Below, in pieces: positions 1 to 12,112 of a stretch of DNA of 32,000 nucleotides. The notes under the pieces are model-generated. The model saw only the letters and a program-made list of their open reading frames with translations, did not search any database and had not been told where the DNA came from. Source of the stretch: Bacillus subtilis subsp. subtilis str. 168. GTDB lineage: Bacteria > Bacillota > Bacilli > Bacillales > Bacillaceae. Numbering within the stretch: the first letter of the stretch is position 1; each line of letters starts with the position of its first letter. The DNA lies in NCBI RefSeq assembly GCF_000009045.1, contig NC_000964.3, positions 3,870,001-3,902,000 on the forward strand, written 5' to 3'. A program made the position numbers and the translations under genes.

Positions 1-671
1 AGCAAAGCCATTGTAATCATCGTAAACATGGCGTTTAATACGAATGAATTGGTTTTGATTTCCTTGAGTCCTTCCTTAAAAGACTGAAAGGCCTCTTTAA
101 TGTTTTCAGATTGAATCGGCACAAATTGCAGCTTGATGCGGCTGATAAAAAATGCCGAAACCAAGTATGTCACACCGTTAAAGGCAACAGCCAGCTCTAC
201 AGATCCGCCTAACAGAAAGAGCCCTCCGGCAGCCGCCCCGACGATAATGGAGATGGTTGTCGCTTTTGCAAATAACGTGTTGATGCTTTTAATATCTGAT
301 TCCAAGGACGACATGACAGCGAGACGGGCGGGATTAAAAAACACGCCGCTTCCATAAGTAATAAACAGCAGGGCCAGAAAAATCAGCGGATACTCGCCTT
401 TTGGAAGAAATGTGAGCCCCAAAAAGATGATGCCTCTGATGATATCCGTCCACAGCATGATCTTAATTCTGTCTAACCGGTCGACCAGAACACCCAAAAA
501 CGGCTGAAACACCATCGGAATGCTTCTGACCACGATGACCCCGGACGTCACCCAATAATCGTGATAATATGTAGACAAAATGAGCAGGGCAGGGAGAACA
601 CAATAGTCTCCCATGAACGATAGCGCCTGCCCGTAAAGCAAGTATTTAGAGTTGGGTTTCAGCTGTTTCAT
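1..671 (-). CDS. bacE: Bacilysin exporter BacE (MFS), N-terminal portion. The gene runs off the left edge of the window.
   Basis: The reverse complement from ATG at 669..671 reads MKQLKPNSKYLLYGQALSFMGDYCVLPALLILSTYYHDYWVTSGV..., a hydrophobic MFS-like sequence. The frame stays open to position 1. The ATG overlaps the bacD stop (ATGA). The ORF is missing from the track only because it is truncated. Confidence 0.85.
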   Translation of the reverse strand, partial: MKQLKPNSKYLLYGQALSFMGDYCVLPALLILSTYYHDYWVTSGVIVVRSIPMVFQPFLGVLVDRLDRIKIMLWTDIIRGIIFLGLTFLPKGEYPLIFLALLFITYGSGVFFNPARLAVMSSLESDIKSINTLFAKATTISIIVGAAAGGLFLLGGSVELAVAFNGVTYLVSAFFISRIKLQFVPIQSENIKEAFQSFKEGLKEIKTNSFVLNAMFTMITMAL

Positions 672-2086
672 ACTGGCAGCACATACTTTGCCGTCAGCTT
701 CGCATGCTGCTGAATTTGTCTGATTGATTCAGCCACATCCTGTGAATTACTGCCTTTCAGTTCAAATGCAGCAATGGAATTGAAAGCTTCAAACAATGTC
801 AAATCAACTGAAGTGCCTGGTGCTGCGGCCGAAAAAGAAACGATTTCAGTATCCCCTTTTAAAAGCCCGTCCGGAATATCGATCGCTTCAATGACCAAAT
901 CCTCAGCAGTTTCAGGAATTTGGCCATTTTGTTTGAAATGCTGCGGGTACAAATGGCAGTCGGCAACATAATAAGGCTCTTGATCCAATAATCCGTCCGG
1001 CAGATCGGCGTCTTTTCCGAAACAGAGGACATCTAATAATAATTGCGCCATATCAAGGCCAAAGACCTTTTTAATATTGGGGATCATATTCCAGCCGGCA
1101 AATCTGGCTGCCGACTCTATTAAACCCGGTTCTCTGTTTTTCATTAGCTTGATCTCTGTATGTGTTGCGCAATTTTGCAGTCCAAGCCCTTCATTTGCCT
1201 TTTTGGCAGCTTCGACAATTTTCTTTTTTGCCTCTTCATCCAGAATGGACGGCGTAATGTGGGATGTCTCTGTAAACCCGATTTGCGGCGTTTTATCATG
1301 AATGGCGATCGGGAAATACTCACCGTCAGCCATGATGCCTTCTATACTGATATAGTCGGAGTACCCTTCTGTTTGATACCAGTCTCCGTACTCACCCTGT
1401 AAAAATTCTTCAGCGATAAACGGCGCTTCAAACGTAACCGCCTTTGGCACGTTAATTGATTTCAGATAGTCATTGACTCTGTTAAATTCATCTTCTGCCG
1501 TCTCAGTGTCCGTAATCAGCGTTACACCGATAGAACTCGCTAAGTATGTAGGCTTTAAGATAAGAGGTGTGCCGATCTCTTCAAGAGCAGCACGGAAATC
1601 TTCAAGAGTTGTGACTCGTTTGTTTTTGATCGATTTGACTCCGGCCTTATTAAAAGCGTCCCTCATTTTATTTTTATCTCTGGCATTTTCGGCTGCCTGC
1701 ACGCCGGCACCTCTCAAGCCCAGACGTTCACAGGCTTTCGCCATCGGAGCAATGAATAATTCATTGTTTGTTGTGATGGCATCCGCCCCAAACATTTCGG
1801 CAACCTTGACGATTTGCTCGACGACCTCTTCCTCAGGCTTGTTATGATCTTCATGCGCCCAATAAATGGAATCAGGGTGTTCAAAATCAGCTAAACTCTT
1901 AAAATAGTCTTTATCTTTTATGACCGCGACCGAGTATTTTTCAATCAATGCTGCATGGGAGGCTGTAATTGCAAAAGGTCTTGGAATAAAGCTGACCAGG
2001 TTATATTTTTCAGCAGCGCTTTTATAAAACATGTGCGGCGGGCAGCCTCCAAGATCAGCGATGACCAATACTGTTTTTCTCTCCAT
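668..2086 (-). CDS. bacD: L-amino-acid ligase (ATP-grasp), alanine-anticapsin ligase of bacilysin synthesis
   Basis: 472-aa ORF with ATP-grasp-like architecture. The sequence matches my recollection of YwfE/BacD. It is followed by bacE with an ATGA overlap, and a GGAG SD lies upstream of the ATG at 2086. Confidence 0.93.
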   Translation of the reverse strand: MERKTVLVIADLGGCPPHMFYKSAAEKYNLVSFIPRPFAITASHAALIEKYSVAVIKDKDYFKSLADFEHPDSIYWAHEDHNKPEEEVVEQIVKVAEMFGADAITTNNELFIAPMAKACERLGLRGAGVQAAENARDKNKMRDAFNKAGVKSIKNKRVTTLEDFRAALEEIGTPLILKPTYLASSIGVTLITDTETAEDEFNRVNDYLKSINVPKAVTFEAPFIAEEFLQGEYGDWYQTEGYSDYISIEGIMADGEYFPIAIHDKTPQIGFTETSHITPSILDEEAKKKIVEAAKKANEGLGLQNCATHTEIKLMKNREPGLIESAARFAGWNMIPNIKKVFGLDMAQLLLDVLCFGKDADLPDGLLDQEPYYVADCHLYPQHFKQNGQIPETAEDLVIEAIDIPDGLLKGDTEIVSFSAAAPGTSVDLTLFEAFNSIAAFELKGSNSQDVAESIRQIQQHAKLTAKYVLPV

Positions 2087-2104
2087 ATGTAAAACACTCC
2101 TTCT

Positions 2105-4180
<2,076 letters not shown>

Positions 4181-4213
4181 GAGCACCAACCAATCTTTTA
4201 AAATTTTAAGTAA

Positions 4214-4242
4214 ATTTTATCCAGTGGAAATTGAACTGTCAA
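4214..4242 (-). promoter_or_regulatory. Sigma-A type promoter of the bac operon
   Basis: The minus strand reads TTGACA (4242..4237), then a 17-nt spacer, then TAAAAT (4219..4214). This lies about 35-60 nt upstream of the bacA ATG. Confidence 0.55.
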
Positions 4243-4280
4243 TGTTTTTTGAAAATATTGATAATTATTCCCATACAAAC

Positions 4281-4308
4281 AAAAAAACCCTTTAAAAAGG
4301 GTTTTTAA
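4281..4308 (-). terminator. Rho-independent terminator downstream of ywfA
   Basis: The minus strand reads AAAAACCCTTT-TTA-AAGGGTTTTT followed by TTTGTTTG, just after the ywfA stop at 4332. Confidence 0.7.
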
Positions 4309-4331
4309 TTATAGGAATTTAGAAACTTTGT

Positions 4332-5570
4332 TTATTGAGATAAGGACTGATCGGCCTTCTGCTCAAGTTTGCCGTACTTTTTATATGCGAATACACTGAG
4401 CACAAATCCGAGGACTGTGATGGCGGCGCAAATCAATCCGACAGCTGCATAGCCGTATGCCACATATACGGGTCCCATTAAAGCAGAACCTAATGTCACG
4501 GCCAGATTCGAGGCGAGACTGTAAAACACCATGACTTTTCCTCGATGACGCTCTGAGCAGTCACTCAAAATGGTGCTGAGCAGCGTCACCGTCAAACTTT
4601 GCATTAATCCCCAAATAAATAGGCTGGCGATTAACAGAAACATAGACGCCGGCGCATATGGTAAACACGCCAGCAGAACGCTGATGACCCCCAGCGCAAT
4701 CAAAAGGGAGCGCATTTTTCCGATGCGGTCGGCTATCTTTCCTGTAATCACACTCATGGAAAACCCGATTCCATAAATCATGATAAATAAGCCCGCAGCC
4801 GTGTTTCCTCCGGTAAAAACGTCCTGAAGATAGGTGCCTAAAAAGGAATACATACCGTAAAAACCAATCATATTACAAAAGGTTATTGTGATATAAACAG
4901 GTACACGAGGGACTTTCAGCGCATCCCGGAATGTTCCTGCGGGCTCTTCTATTTCTTCCTTGCCGCTGTTTTTATGTTGGGCATGGCGGCGCATTTCAAG
5001 GAGAATCAGCAGAACAACTAAAACACCCATCAGGGCGAAAATCCAAAACGTCCATCTCCAATGCAGGACGCCGCCGATAAATGATCCGAGCGGCACTCCG
5101 AAAATCAGCGCCAGCGACCAGCTTGAAACGATCAGTCCCATCACCTTGCCCCGGTATGTATAAGGAACACGATCACCGACAACTGCGTAAGCGGTCGGAA
5201 CAAACGCTCCCGCAGCCAATCCCGAAAGCGCCCGGCCTAAAAAGAAGAAAAAAATATTTTGAGCTAAAGCGCATATCACCGTTCCTATGATAAAAATCAT
5301 AAGCCCGGCCAATAAGCTCAGTTCTCTGGAGTATTTATCGCCTAATGGAACCAAAAGCGGCGCACCGATAAAAATCATAACGCCGTAAATACTGATAGAT
5401 AACGCAAGGACGCTGACATCTGAGCTGAAGGCTTTTGCTAAATCCGGCAGCAGCGGTGAGATCACAAGCTCTTCAGATCCGGCTGCAAATACCCCCATCG
5501 TTAAAGCCAGTGCCAACAATAACGGAAAATGATGTTTTGTTTTGATGTCATTGTTTTGATTGCTGTTCAT
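4332..5570 (-). CDS. ywfA: Major facilitator superfamily transporter, substrate unknown
   Basis: 412-aa ORF with about 12 hydrophobic segments and an MFS-like loop (GDKYSRE..). GAAGAGGTG SD upstream of the ATG at 5570. Confidence 0.85.
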   Translation of the reverse strand: MNSNQNNDIKTKHHFPLLLALALTMGVFAAGSEELVISPLLPDLAKAFSSDVSVLALSISIYGVMIFIGAPLLVPLGDKYSRELSLLAGLMIFIIGTVICALAQNIFFFFLGRALSGLAAGAFVPTAYAVVGDRVPYTYRGKVMGLIVSSWSLALIFGVPLGSFIGGVLHWRWTFWIFALMGVLVVLLILLEMRRHAQHKNSGKEEIEEPAGTFRDALKVPRVPVYITITFCNMIGFYGMYSFLGTYLQDVFTGGNTAAGLFIMIYGIGFSMSVITGKIADRIGKMRSLLIALGVISVLLACLPYAPASMFLLIASLFIWGLMQSLTVTLLSTILSDCSERHRGKVMVFYSLASNLAVTLGSALMGPVYVAYGYAAVGLICAAITVLGFVLSVFAYKKYGKLEQKADQSLSQ

Positions 5571-5745
5571 TCTTTCTCAAACACCTCTTCCATAATCTTC
5601 TTATCATAAAGTTGTATTATAGTTTAGCATTGTTTTTTCTCTATTTACAATTCGAACGAAATATTTATAAGTTTTATTATTTTCATTTAAATCCCATTAT
5701 ATATTTCTATATTTCATTCTAAAAATACATGAGGATGTAACACGT

Positions 5746-5779
5746 AAAAAAAGCTCTCCGGCCTCCCGGAGAGCTTTTT
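5746..5779 (-). terminator. Rho-independent terminator of rocABC
   Basis: 11-bp perfect stem AAGCTCTCCGG/CCGGAGAGCTT (5751..5761 and 5766..5776) with a 4-nt loop. On the minus strand it is followed by a T-run (A-run at 5746..5752). It begins immediately after the rocC stop at 5780. Confidence 0.78.
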
Positions 5780-7192
5780 CTATTGCGCCTCTGTCTGCTT
5801 TTTTTCAATCGTTTCATGATTTATACGCTTTTTGATGCTTAGATGATAGTATGCATAACAGAAAATAATGATCGGCACACCGCAGTATAAGCCAATTCTT
5901 TGATCCGGAATGAAAATAAGGCTGATCAACACGCAGCCATATAAACAAAATCCGAGAATCGGGACTAGCGGATAAAGCGGCGTTCTGAACTCCAGATCAT
6001 TCACATTTCCGCCTTCTGCCAGGAAACGCCTGCGAAAGAAAAATTGCGACGCACAAATGGACATCCACGCGACAACTGTCACCATGCCCGAGATTGAGAT
6101 ACACCATAAATACACTGTTTCTGCAGCCATGACACTTGTCAGCAGCGAACAGCCTGAAATGCCTAGCGTAATCAGCAGGGCATTCATCGGCACGCCTTTT
6201 TTTGTCAGTCTGGTGAGAAAGGAGGGACCCATTTGATTTGATGAAAGTGACCACATCATACGCGACGCCGCATACAATCCCGAATTAGCAACAGATAAAA
6301 TGGCCGTTAAGATGACAAAGTTCATGATATCTGCCGAAAATGGGATGCCGATTTGATCGAGTACTGCTACAAACGGGCTTTCAATCACCCCCGCCGTTTT
6401 GTACGGAAGGATGGCAACCAAGACGAACATAGCGAGCACAAAGAAAAACAGCGTGCGCCAAATAACATTTCGAATGGACTTTGGCAGTGTTTTTTCCGGG
6501 CTTTCACTTTCCCCTGCCGCAATGCCGACAAGCTCCGTTCCCTGGAACGAGAAGTTTACCATGACCAGCGTAAACATAACGGCCAGCACCCCATTAGGGA
6601 AAAGCCCTCTATCAGTCATAAAGTTAGACAAAAAGGGTGTCTCCTGTCCGCCTTTAAAGTCAATCAAGCCAAACACAGCGGCTCCGCCAATCACAATAAA
6701 TAATATGATCGCCGCCACTTTGATGCTTGAAAACCAAAATTCCATTTCCGCAAAGCTTCTGACAGAGAGCGCATTAATCAAAAAGATGACGATGCCGAAC
6801 ACGAGGCACCATATCCAGATCGGAACGGAGGGCAGCCACCTTTGCATCAAAATGCCTGCTGACGTCAGCTCTAACCCTACTGTATTGGCCCAGCTGAACC
6901 AATACAGCCAGCCAATCATAAAGCCTGTCGACTGTCCCAGAAATTTAGTGGCGTAGGCCTGAAACGATCCGGCCACCGGCATGGCAACAGCCAATTCTCC
7001 TAAACAAAGCATGACGAGATACATTAAAAATCCGCCGATGATATACGCGGCAATGGCGCCGAGCGGTCCCGCCTGGCTAATGGTAAAGCCAGAGCCTAGA
7101 AACAGCCCAGTGCCAATCACCCCTCCCAAAGCAATCATAAACAAATGCCTGCTTTTCATGCTGCGCTGCAATTCATTTTTATGATTCTGCAT
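5780..7192 (-). CDS. rocC: Amino-acid permease (APC family), arginine/ornithine utilisation
   Basis: Polytopic APC-type sequence. Tandem ATGs end at 7195 and 7192. I chose the second from the recalled 470-aa length. The start overlaps the rocB stop (7192..7194). Confidence 0.88.
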   Translation of the reverse strand: MQNHKNELQRSMKSRHLFMIALGGVIGTGLFLGSGFTISQAGPLGAIAAYIIGGFLMYLVMLCLGELAVAMPVAGSFQAYATKFLGQSTGFMIGWLYWFSWANTVGLELTSAGILMQRWLPSVPIWIWCLVFGIVIFLINALSVRSFAEMEFWFSSIKVAAIILFIVIGGAAVFGLIDFKGGQETPFLSNFMTDRGLFPNGVLAVMFTLVMVNFSFQGTELVGIAAGESESPEKTLPKSIRNVIWRTLFFFVLAMFVLVAILPYKTAGVIESPFVAVLDQIGIPFSADIMNFVILTAILSVANSGLYAASRMMWSLSSNQMGPSFLTRLTKKGVPMNALLITLGISGCSLLTSVMAAETVYLWCISISGMVTVVAWMSICASQFFFRRRFLAEGGNVNDLEFRTPLYPLVPILGFCLYGCVLISLIFIPDQRIGLYCGVPIIIFCYAYYHLSIKKRINHETIEKKQTEAQ

Positions 7193-8892
7193 CATCCTTC
7201 CCCCTTTGGTTCTTTTGCCGTGATGGTCATCCGGTAGCTTTGCAAAAGATGAACGGTGGTTTGCTGTATGAGGAGAGGCAATACATGAAATGTGTACGGT
7301 TTATAGACTCGTTCTGTCCATTTATGGCCGTCTTTTCCGTACACGCCCATATTAATGGATGGAATATTCAGCTTGCGTATGTCTTTGAACGGAATGGTCC
7401 CAATCATATTCCACCCAGGGAAGTTCCTGATAAAAGAATCAATTTCGCCATCGGTTTCGTGCAGTGATAAAAAACTGCCGTCTGCCAAGTAGGGGAAAAA
7501 CTTTTTGAAGACAAATGTTTCGCCTGTCGATTCAGCGGTTTTGTCAGCCGCTTCTTTAATCACATGCTGCAAAAGCTGATCTCTTGCGCTATCTTCTTTC
7601 AAATAGTTATGCGGCAGGTAAGGAGGTGCGTAAAATAGAATGACTTTTGCGCCTTGATCGGGGTCAAGCTTTTGAAGCTCTTCGATTGCCTGAAAGCATC
7701 TCATGCGAAGTTCAAGGTGCTCGTTGGCTTTGAATGTCTGCTCGATACACTGCTCGGGATCTATTCCCCGGTTTCTCAGCTTTTCTAAGTATTGCTCCAG
7801 GCTATACACTTGAATGCCCCATGATAAATGTTTCTTTGGCAGGTTGGCTCTTTTTACATATTCTTCGTAATAATCTGATAATTTTTGTTCTGTCTCCCGG
7901 CATGCTTCCTCAGTGACTTCAATAAGCAAATCCATCATTTCTTTTGCTGTTCTTTCATAAATAAAACAATTGAAATACAAGCTGGTGCTGACAGCCGTTT
8001 GCACATTATAGGATTCCTTGTTATCACGCTGATACAAACAGGATGGGGGCAGAACCAACTCCCCTTCAACCTTTTCTGCCAGATGGATGTTATTGTGGAG
8101 ACGGCTTGTGATTTCAGATGAAATGAAATTTGGGTCAATCCCTGCCAGTGTATCGCCAACATGGACTTCACGCCCGTAAATGTAAAAGCAAGGCAACAGT
8201 TTTCCCGCGGCTCCGGTATAGATATATCTTGTCTGATCACCATCGTAAAGCGGGGTAATAAAATCCGTATTAATAGCAGCCAAATAGTGAAGCTGTTTTT
8301 CTTTTTTTAGCCGGTTCAGCTCTGAAATGCTGGCGAGAATGCCCGAATGCTGGCTCTCCTCATCGGGATTGGCCATAAACAATACATTTCCCGGCAACGT
8401 CTCAAGGTTCTCCGAAAAATGCAGGAGATTGGCTAAATGCACGGCGATGCCGCTTTGCATATCGACAGATCCTCTTCCGAACATCCACTCGCCTGATTTG
8501 GCATCCCGCTGAACATCCTGATCGAACTCATAGCGGCTGAAATACTCGGCCAATTTCTCACAATCAAAAGCGATATCCTTTAAAGGGCCGAAATCTTCAA
8601 TTCCAACTGTATCCAGATGGGCATGGTAAATGACTGTATTTCGGCTTTCTCCATGTCCTTTAATAAACGCAAAAATATTTTTGCGTTTGTATGGGTCATT
8701 GGGAATGGCCTGTTCCCACACATGACTGGGGTTTTCCTGAAAATAAGGATAGCTCGTGATCACTTCTTTGATGAAATCTGCTTTTGTCCCTTCTCCAACG
8801 GTGCCGTTCACGCTGCTGAGGCTGACCAGAGATGCTGTCAGCGCCTCCACTCTTTCAGCCGGATTCATGTGACTGATTTTTGTATACTGCAT
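7192..8892 (-). CDS. rocB: Arginine utilisation protein RocB (M20 peptidase-like)
   Basis: 566-aa ORF. AGGAGGACAATTT precedes the ATG at 8892. The position between rocA and rocC matches the roc operon. Confidence 0.88.
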   Translation of the reverse strand: MQYTKISHMNPAERVEALTASLVSLSSVNGTVGEGTKADFIKEVITSYPYFQENPSHVWEQAIPNDPYKRKNIFAFIKGHGESRNTVIYHAHLDTVGIEDFGPLKDIAFDCEKLAEYFSRYEFDQDVQRDAKSGEWMFGRGSVDMQSGIAVHLANLLHFSENLETLPGNVLFMANPDEESQHSGILASISELNRLKKEKQLHYLAAINTDFITPLYDGDQTRYIYTGAAGKLLPCFYIYGREVHVGDTLAGIDPNFISSEITSRLHNNIHLAEKVEGELVLPPSCLYQRDNKESYNVQTAVSTSLYFNCFIYERTAKEMMDLLIEVTEEACRETEQKLSDYYEEYVKRANLPKKHLSWGIQVYSLEQYLEKLRNRGIDPEQCIEQTFKANEHLELRMRCFQAIEELQKLDPDQGAKVILFYAPPYLPHNYLKEDSARDQLLQHVIKEAADKTAESTGETFVFKKFFPYLADGSFLSLHETDGEIDSFIRNFPGWNMIGTIPFKDIRKLNIPSINMGVYGKDGHKWTERVYKPYTFHVLPLLIQQTTVHLLQSYRMTITAKEPKGEG

Positions 8893-8920
8893 AAATTGTC
8901 CTCCTGATCAAAAAGTTGAA

Positions 8921-8950
8921 ATCGTGCGATCCGCTAAAGAATCGCACGAT
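8921..8950 (-). other. Intercistronic RNA hairpin between rocA and rocB
   Basis: Perfect 10-bp inverted repeat ATCGTGCGAT (8921..8930) / ATCGCACGAT (8941..8950) with a 10-nt loop. On the minus-strand mRNA it is followed by TTCAACTTTTT, which is not a clean U-tract. Confidence 0.45.
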
Positions 8951-8965
8951 TTTATTTCTCTCAAA

Positions 8966-10513
8966 TCAAAAAGCTTCGGACGTTGTTTTGGCTTGCATAT
9001 GAAGAATTAAGTAATCGGGACCGCCTGCTTTTGAGTCTGTTCCTGACATATTAAAACCGCCGAACGGCTGATAGCCGACAATTGCTCCGGTACATCCTCT
9101 GTTAAAATATAGGTTTCCGACATGGAAATCCTCGCGCGCCCGTTCAATGTGCGCACGGTTTTTCGTCAGAAGCGCACCTGTTAATCCGTATTCCGTGTTA
9201 TTGGCAATCTCCAGCATATGATCGAAATCACGCGCTTTGCAAATCGCAACAACCGGGCCGAAAATTTCTTCCTGCATCAAGCGGGCGTTTTCATCAACAT
9301 CTGCAAAGATCGTCGGCTGAATAAAGTAGCCTTTTGAATCATCGCCTTCTCCGCCGGCCAATAGCTTGCCTTCAGATTTGCCGATTTCAATGTATTTCAT
9401 CACTTTGTTGTAGGATGCTTCATGAATCACGGGACCCATATACGTATCAGGATCTTCTGGATTGCCGACAGTCAGCGTTTTGGTCAGCGCCACAGCTTTT
9501 TCCACCACTTCATCATACACATCCTGATGAATGACCGCGCGGGAGCCCGCAGAACACTTCTGTCCTGAATATCCAAATGCTGAATACACGATAGAGGATG
9601 CAGCAAGGTCAAGATCAGCGTCCTTGTCGACAAGCACTGTGTCTTTTCCGCCCATTTCTGCAATTACCCGTTTGAGCCATTTTTGGCCCGGCTGCACTTT
9701 GGCAGCTCGCTCATAAATCCGGCAGCCGACTGCACGGGAACCTGTAAATGAGACAAACCGTGTCTTCGGATGCTCAACTAAGAAATCACCGATCTCCGCA
9801 CCATCTCCCGGAATGTAATTCAGAACGCCGTTTGGCAGACCCGCTTCCTCCATGACCTCGACAAATTTTGCTGCCACTACCGGGGCTGCGTCAGCCGGTT
9901 TTAAGAGAATCGTATTTCCTGTCACAATCGCTGCCACCGCTGTTCCCGCCATAATCGCGAGCGGGAAGTTAAATGGAGAAATGACGATGCCGACGCCAAG
10001 CGCTTCGTAATGATATTGATTGACCTCGCCAGCACGGCTCTTCACCGGAGCCCCTTCCTTGAGCTTTAACATTTGGCGCGCGTAGAACTCTAAAAAGTCT
10101 ATCGCTTCAGCCGTGTCCGCATCTGCTTCCTTCCACGGTTTTCCTGCTTCCTTCACAAGATAGCTTGAAAATTCATGCTTTCTTCTGCGCAAAATAGCCG
10201 CTGCCTTAAAGAGAATATTTGCGCGGTGCTCCGGTCTTTGTTTTTTCCAGGAATCAAATGCCTGCAATGCGGCTTGCATCGCTTTTTCAGCAAGCTCTTG
10301 ATCCGCTGTAGACGCGTACCCAATGATCTCTTCTTTATTTGCCGGGTTAATAGAAATGATTTTGCGGTCCGTTTCAATTTTTTCTCCATTTATGACAAGC
10401 GGATAATGCTTGCCGAGCTGAGTGTTTACAAAGGCCAATGACTCCCCAAATGCAGTTTTATTCTTTGCTTCCGTAAAATCGGTAAATGGTTCGTGCGCGT
10501 ATGTGACTGTCAT
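8966..10513 (-). CDS. rocA: 1-pyrroline-5-carboxylate dehydrogenase
   Basis: ALDH-superfamily motifs EMGGKD and GQKCSAGSR (catalytic Cys). The start ATG at 10513 is preceded by GAGGGGG. The track ORF's 18-aa upstream extension has no SD. Confidence 0.93.
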
Positions 10514-10562
10514 ATGTAGTCCCCCTCGTGTTATGAAATATATCTTCGCATATGAATAAAAA

Positions 10563-10578
10563 TGCAAGAATCATGCCA
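10563..10578 (-). promoter_or_regulatory. Sigma-54 (SigL) -24/-12 promoter of rocABC
   Basis: The minus strand reads TGGCATGATTCTTGCA, matching TGGCAC-N5-TTGCA with correct GG/GC spacing. It lies about 50-65 nt upstream of the rocA ATG. Confidence 0.85.
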
Positions 10579-10664
10579 TTTTCTTGTCTTTTGCTGAAAA
10601 AACTTGTTGAATCGAACAGAAATTTGTCTAACAGGTGATCACCTTTCTCTTTTTCCGATCTTGA

Positions 10665-10726
10665 ACGCAAATTTATTTTGCGTTTTTTGCTCTTTACGCA
10701 AAAAACAAATGCAAAATTATTTTGCG
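10665..10726. promoter_or_regulatory. RocR enhancer: upstream activating sequence for rocABC and downstream activating sequence for rocG
   Basis: Two inverted repeats: ACGCAAA-TTTAT-TTTGCGT (10665..10683) and TGCAAAA-TTA-TTTTGCG (10710..10726). An extra CGCAAAA half-site lies near 10698. All sit in the 226-bp gap between the rocG stop and the rocA start. Confidence 0.7.
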
Positions 10727-10739
10727 GAGGCTTCTCAAA

Positions 10740-12014
10740 TTAGACCCATCCGCGGAAACGCGATGCTTCTGCCGATTTTCTGATGCCCGTCATGTAAGCC
10801 GCCAAACGCATATCCACTTTATGTGTTGCCGCTGTTTGATAAATTGTTTCGAACGAGCTGACCATGACGCTTCTCAGTTTTTCTGCAACCTCTTCTTCCG
10901 ACCAATAATATCCTTGGTTGTTTTGCACCCATTCAAAATAAGAAACCGTGACGCCGCCGGCACTCGCTAGGATATCCGGCACAAGCAGCACGCCTCTTTC
11001 ATTCAGGATCTTAGTGGCATCAATGGTTGTCGGGCCGTTCGCCGCTTCAACGACGATTGACGCCTGAATGTTATGTGCGTTTTTGGCTGTGATTTGATTG
11101 GAGATCGCGGCAGGCACTAAAATATCGCAATCCTTTTCAAGCAGCTCCTCATTTGTGATGACGTCAGTAAATAAATTGGTGACCATACCAAAGCTGTCCC
11201 GTTTATCGAGCAAATAAGGGATATCAAGGCCGTCTGGGTTGTAGAGCCCGCCATTGGCATCAGAAATCCCGATCACCTTCGCGCCCGCATCGTGCATGAA
11301 TTTGGCCAGGAAGCTACCCGCGTTTCCAAAGCCCTGTATGATGATGCGCGCGTTTTGCAGCTTGATCCCTTTTTTCTTCACCGCCTCTTCAATACAAATC
11401 GTGACGCCCTGTGCCGTCGCTGTTTCCCGTCCTTGCGATCCTCCCAAAACAAGCGGTTTACCTGTAATAAAGCCCGGAGAATCGAATTCCCGCAGCCGGC
11501 TGTACTCATCCATCATCCACGCCATAATCTGCGAATTGGTGTACACATCGGGAGCTGGAATATCCTTTGTCGGACCGACGATCTGGCTGATGGCACGGAC
11601 ATACCCCCTGCTCAGCCTTTCCAGTTCTCCAAATGACATTGTCCGCGGATCACAAATAATACCGCCCTTCCCGCCGCCGTAAGGAAGATTGGCAATCCCG
11701 CATTTGAGCGTCATCCAAATGGATAATGCCTTTACTTCCTCTTCATTAACTTCTGGATGGAAGCGAACGCCCCCCTTTGTCGGACCGACAGCATCATTGT
11801 GCTGTGACCGGTAGCCTGTGAACACTTTGACGCTCCCATTGTCCATTTTGACCGGAATGCGGACAGTGAGCATTCTCTGCGGCTCTTTCATGAGTTCATA
11901 CATATCTCCCGGATAACCCAGCTTCCGAAGGGCTTCCTTAATGATTGTTTGGGTAGACAGAAATAAGTTAAGAGCTTCTTTTTCTTCATCTTTCGAGACT
12001 TGCTTTGCTGACAT
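10740..12014 (-). CDS. rocG: NAD-specific glutamate dehydrogenase
   Basis: Glu/Leu/Phe/Val dehydrogenase motif LPYGGGKGG and dinucleotide fold GFGNAGS. The ATG at 12014 is preceded by GAGGTGA. The track's GTG at 12023 overlaps that SD. Confidence 0.93.
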   Translation of the reverse strand: MSAKQVSKDEEKEALNLFLSTQTIIKEALRKLGYPGDMYELMKEPQRMLTVRIPVKMDNGSVKVFTGYRSQHNDAVGPTKGGVRFHPEVNEEEVKALSIWMTLKCGIANLPYGGGKGGIICDPRTMSFGELERLSRGYVRAISQIVGPTKDIPAPDVYTNSQIMAWMMDEYSRLREFDSPGFITGKPLVLGGSQGRETATAQGVTICIEEAVKKKGIKLQNARIIIQGFGNAGSFLAKFMHDAGAKVIGISDANGGLYNPDGLDIPYLLDKRDSFGMVTNLFTDVITNEELLEKDCDILVPAAISNQITAKNAHNIQASIVVEAANGPTTIDATKILNERGVLLVPDILASAGGVTVSYFEWVQNNQGYYWSEEEVAEKLRSVMVSSFETIYQTAATHKVDMRLAAYMTGIRKSAEASRFRGWV

Positions 12015-12112
12015 CTTTTTCACCTCATTGTTTTTTTGGCCGGCTGTAATGTAAGCGCTTTAAAAAATCAGCCCGCCAATTCCTTTCTTCATTGGATTCA
12101 CCCTTATCATCA

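Noticed and set aside
1473-1847. 124-aa plus-strand ORF inside bacD. Similar plus-strand ORFs: 774..971, 1077..1402, 2540..2824, 2971..3569, 3732..4157.
   Set aside because: These are antisense shadows of well-supported minus-strand genes. They have no SD, many use non-ATG starts as called by the track, and their composition is low-complexity, Ser/Leu/Arg-rich, as expected for reverse-frame translation.
5571-5745. 175-bp very AT-rich gap upstream of ywfA, considered as a possible small RNA or riboswitch
   Set aside because: I could find no conserved-looking stem-loops or terminator-antiterminator pair. A plausible but ambiguous promoter (TTGTAA..TAAACT/TATAAT) explains the region adequately.
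6353-6956. 116-aa and 185-aa plus-strand ORFs antisense to rocC. Comparable ORFs lie antisense to rocB, rocA and rocG: 7240..8907, 9334..9716, 10175..10441, 11254..11682.
   Set aside because: Same reasoning: they lie entirely within strongly supported genes on the other strand, and they have no ribosome-binding sites or recognisable motifs.
10458-10670. 70-aa minus-strand ORF spanning the rocA 5' end, the sigma-54 promoter and part of the enhancer
   Set aside because: It overlaps regulatory DNA and the rocA start in another frame. It has no SD and most likely arises by chance in an AT-rich leader.
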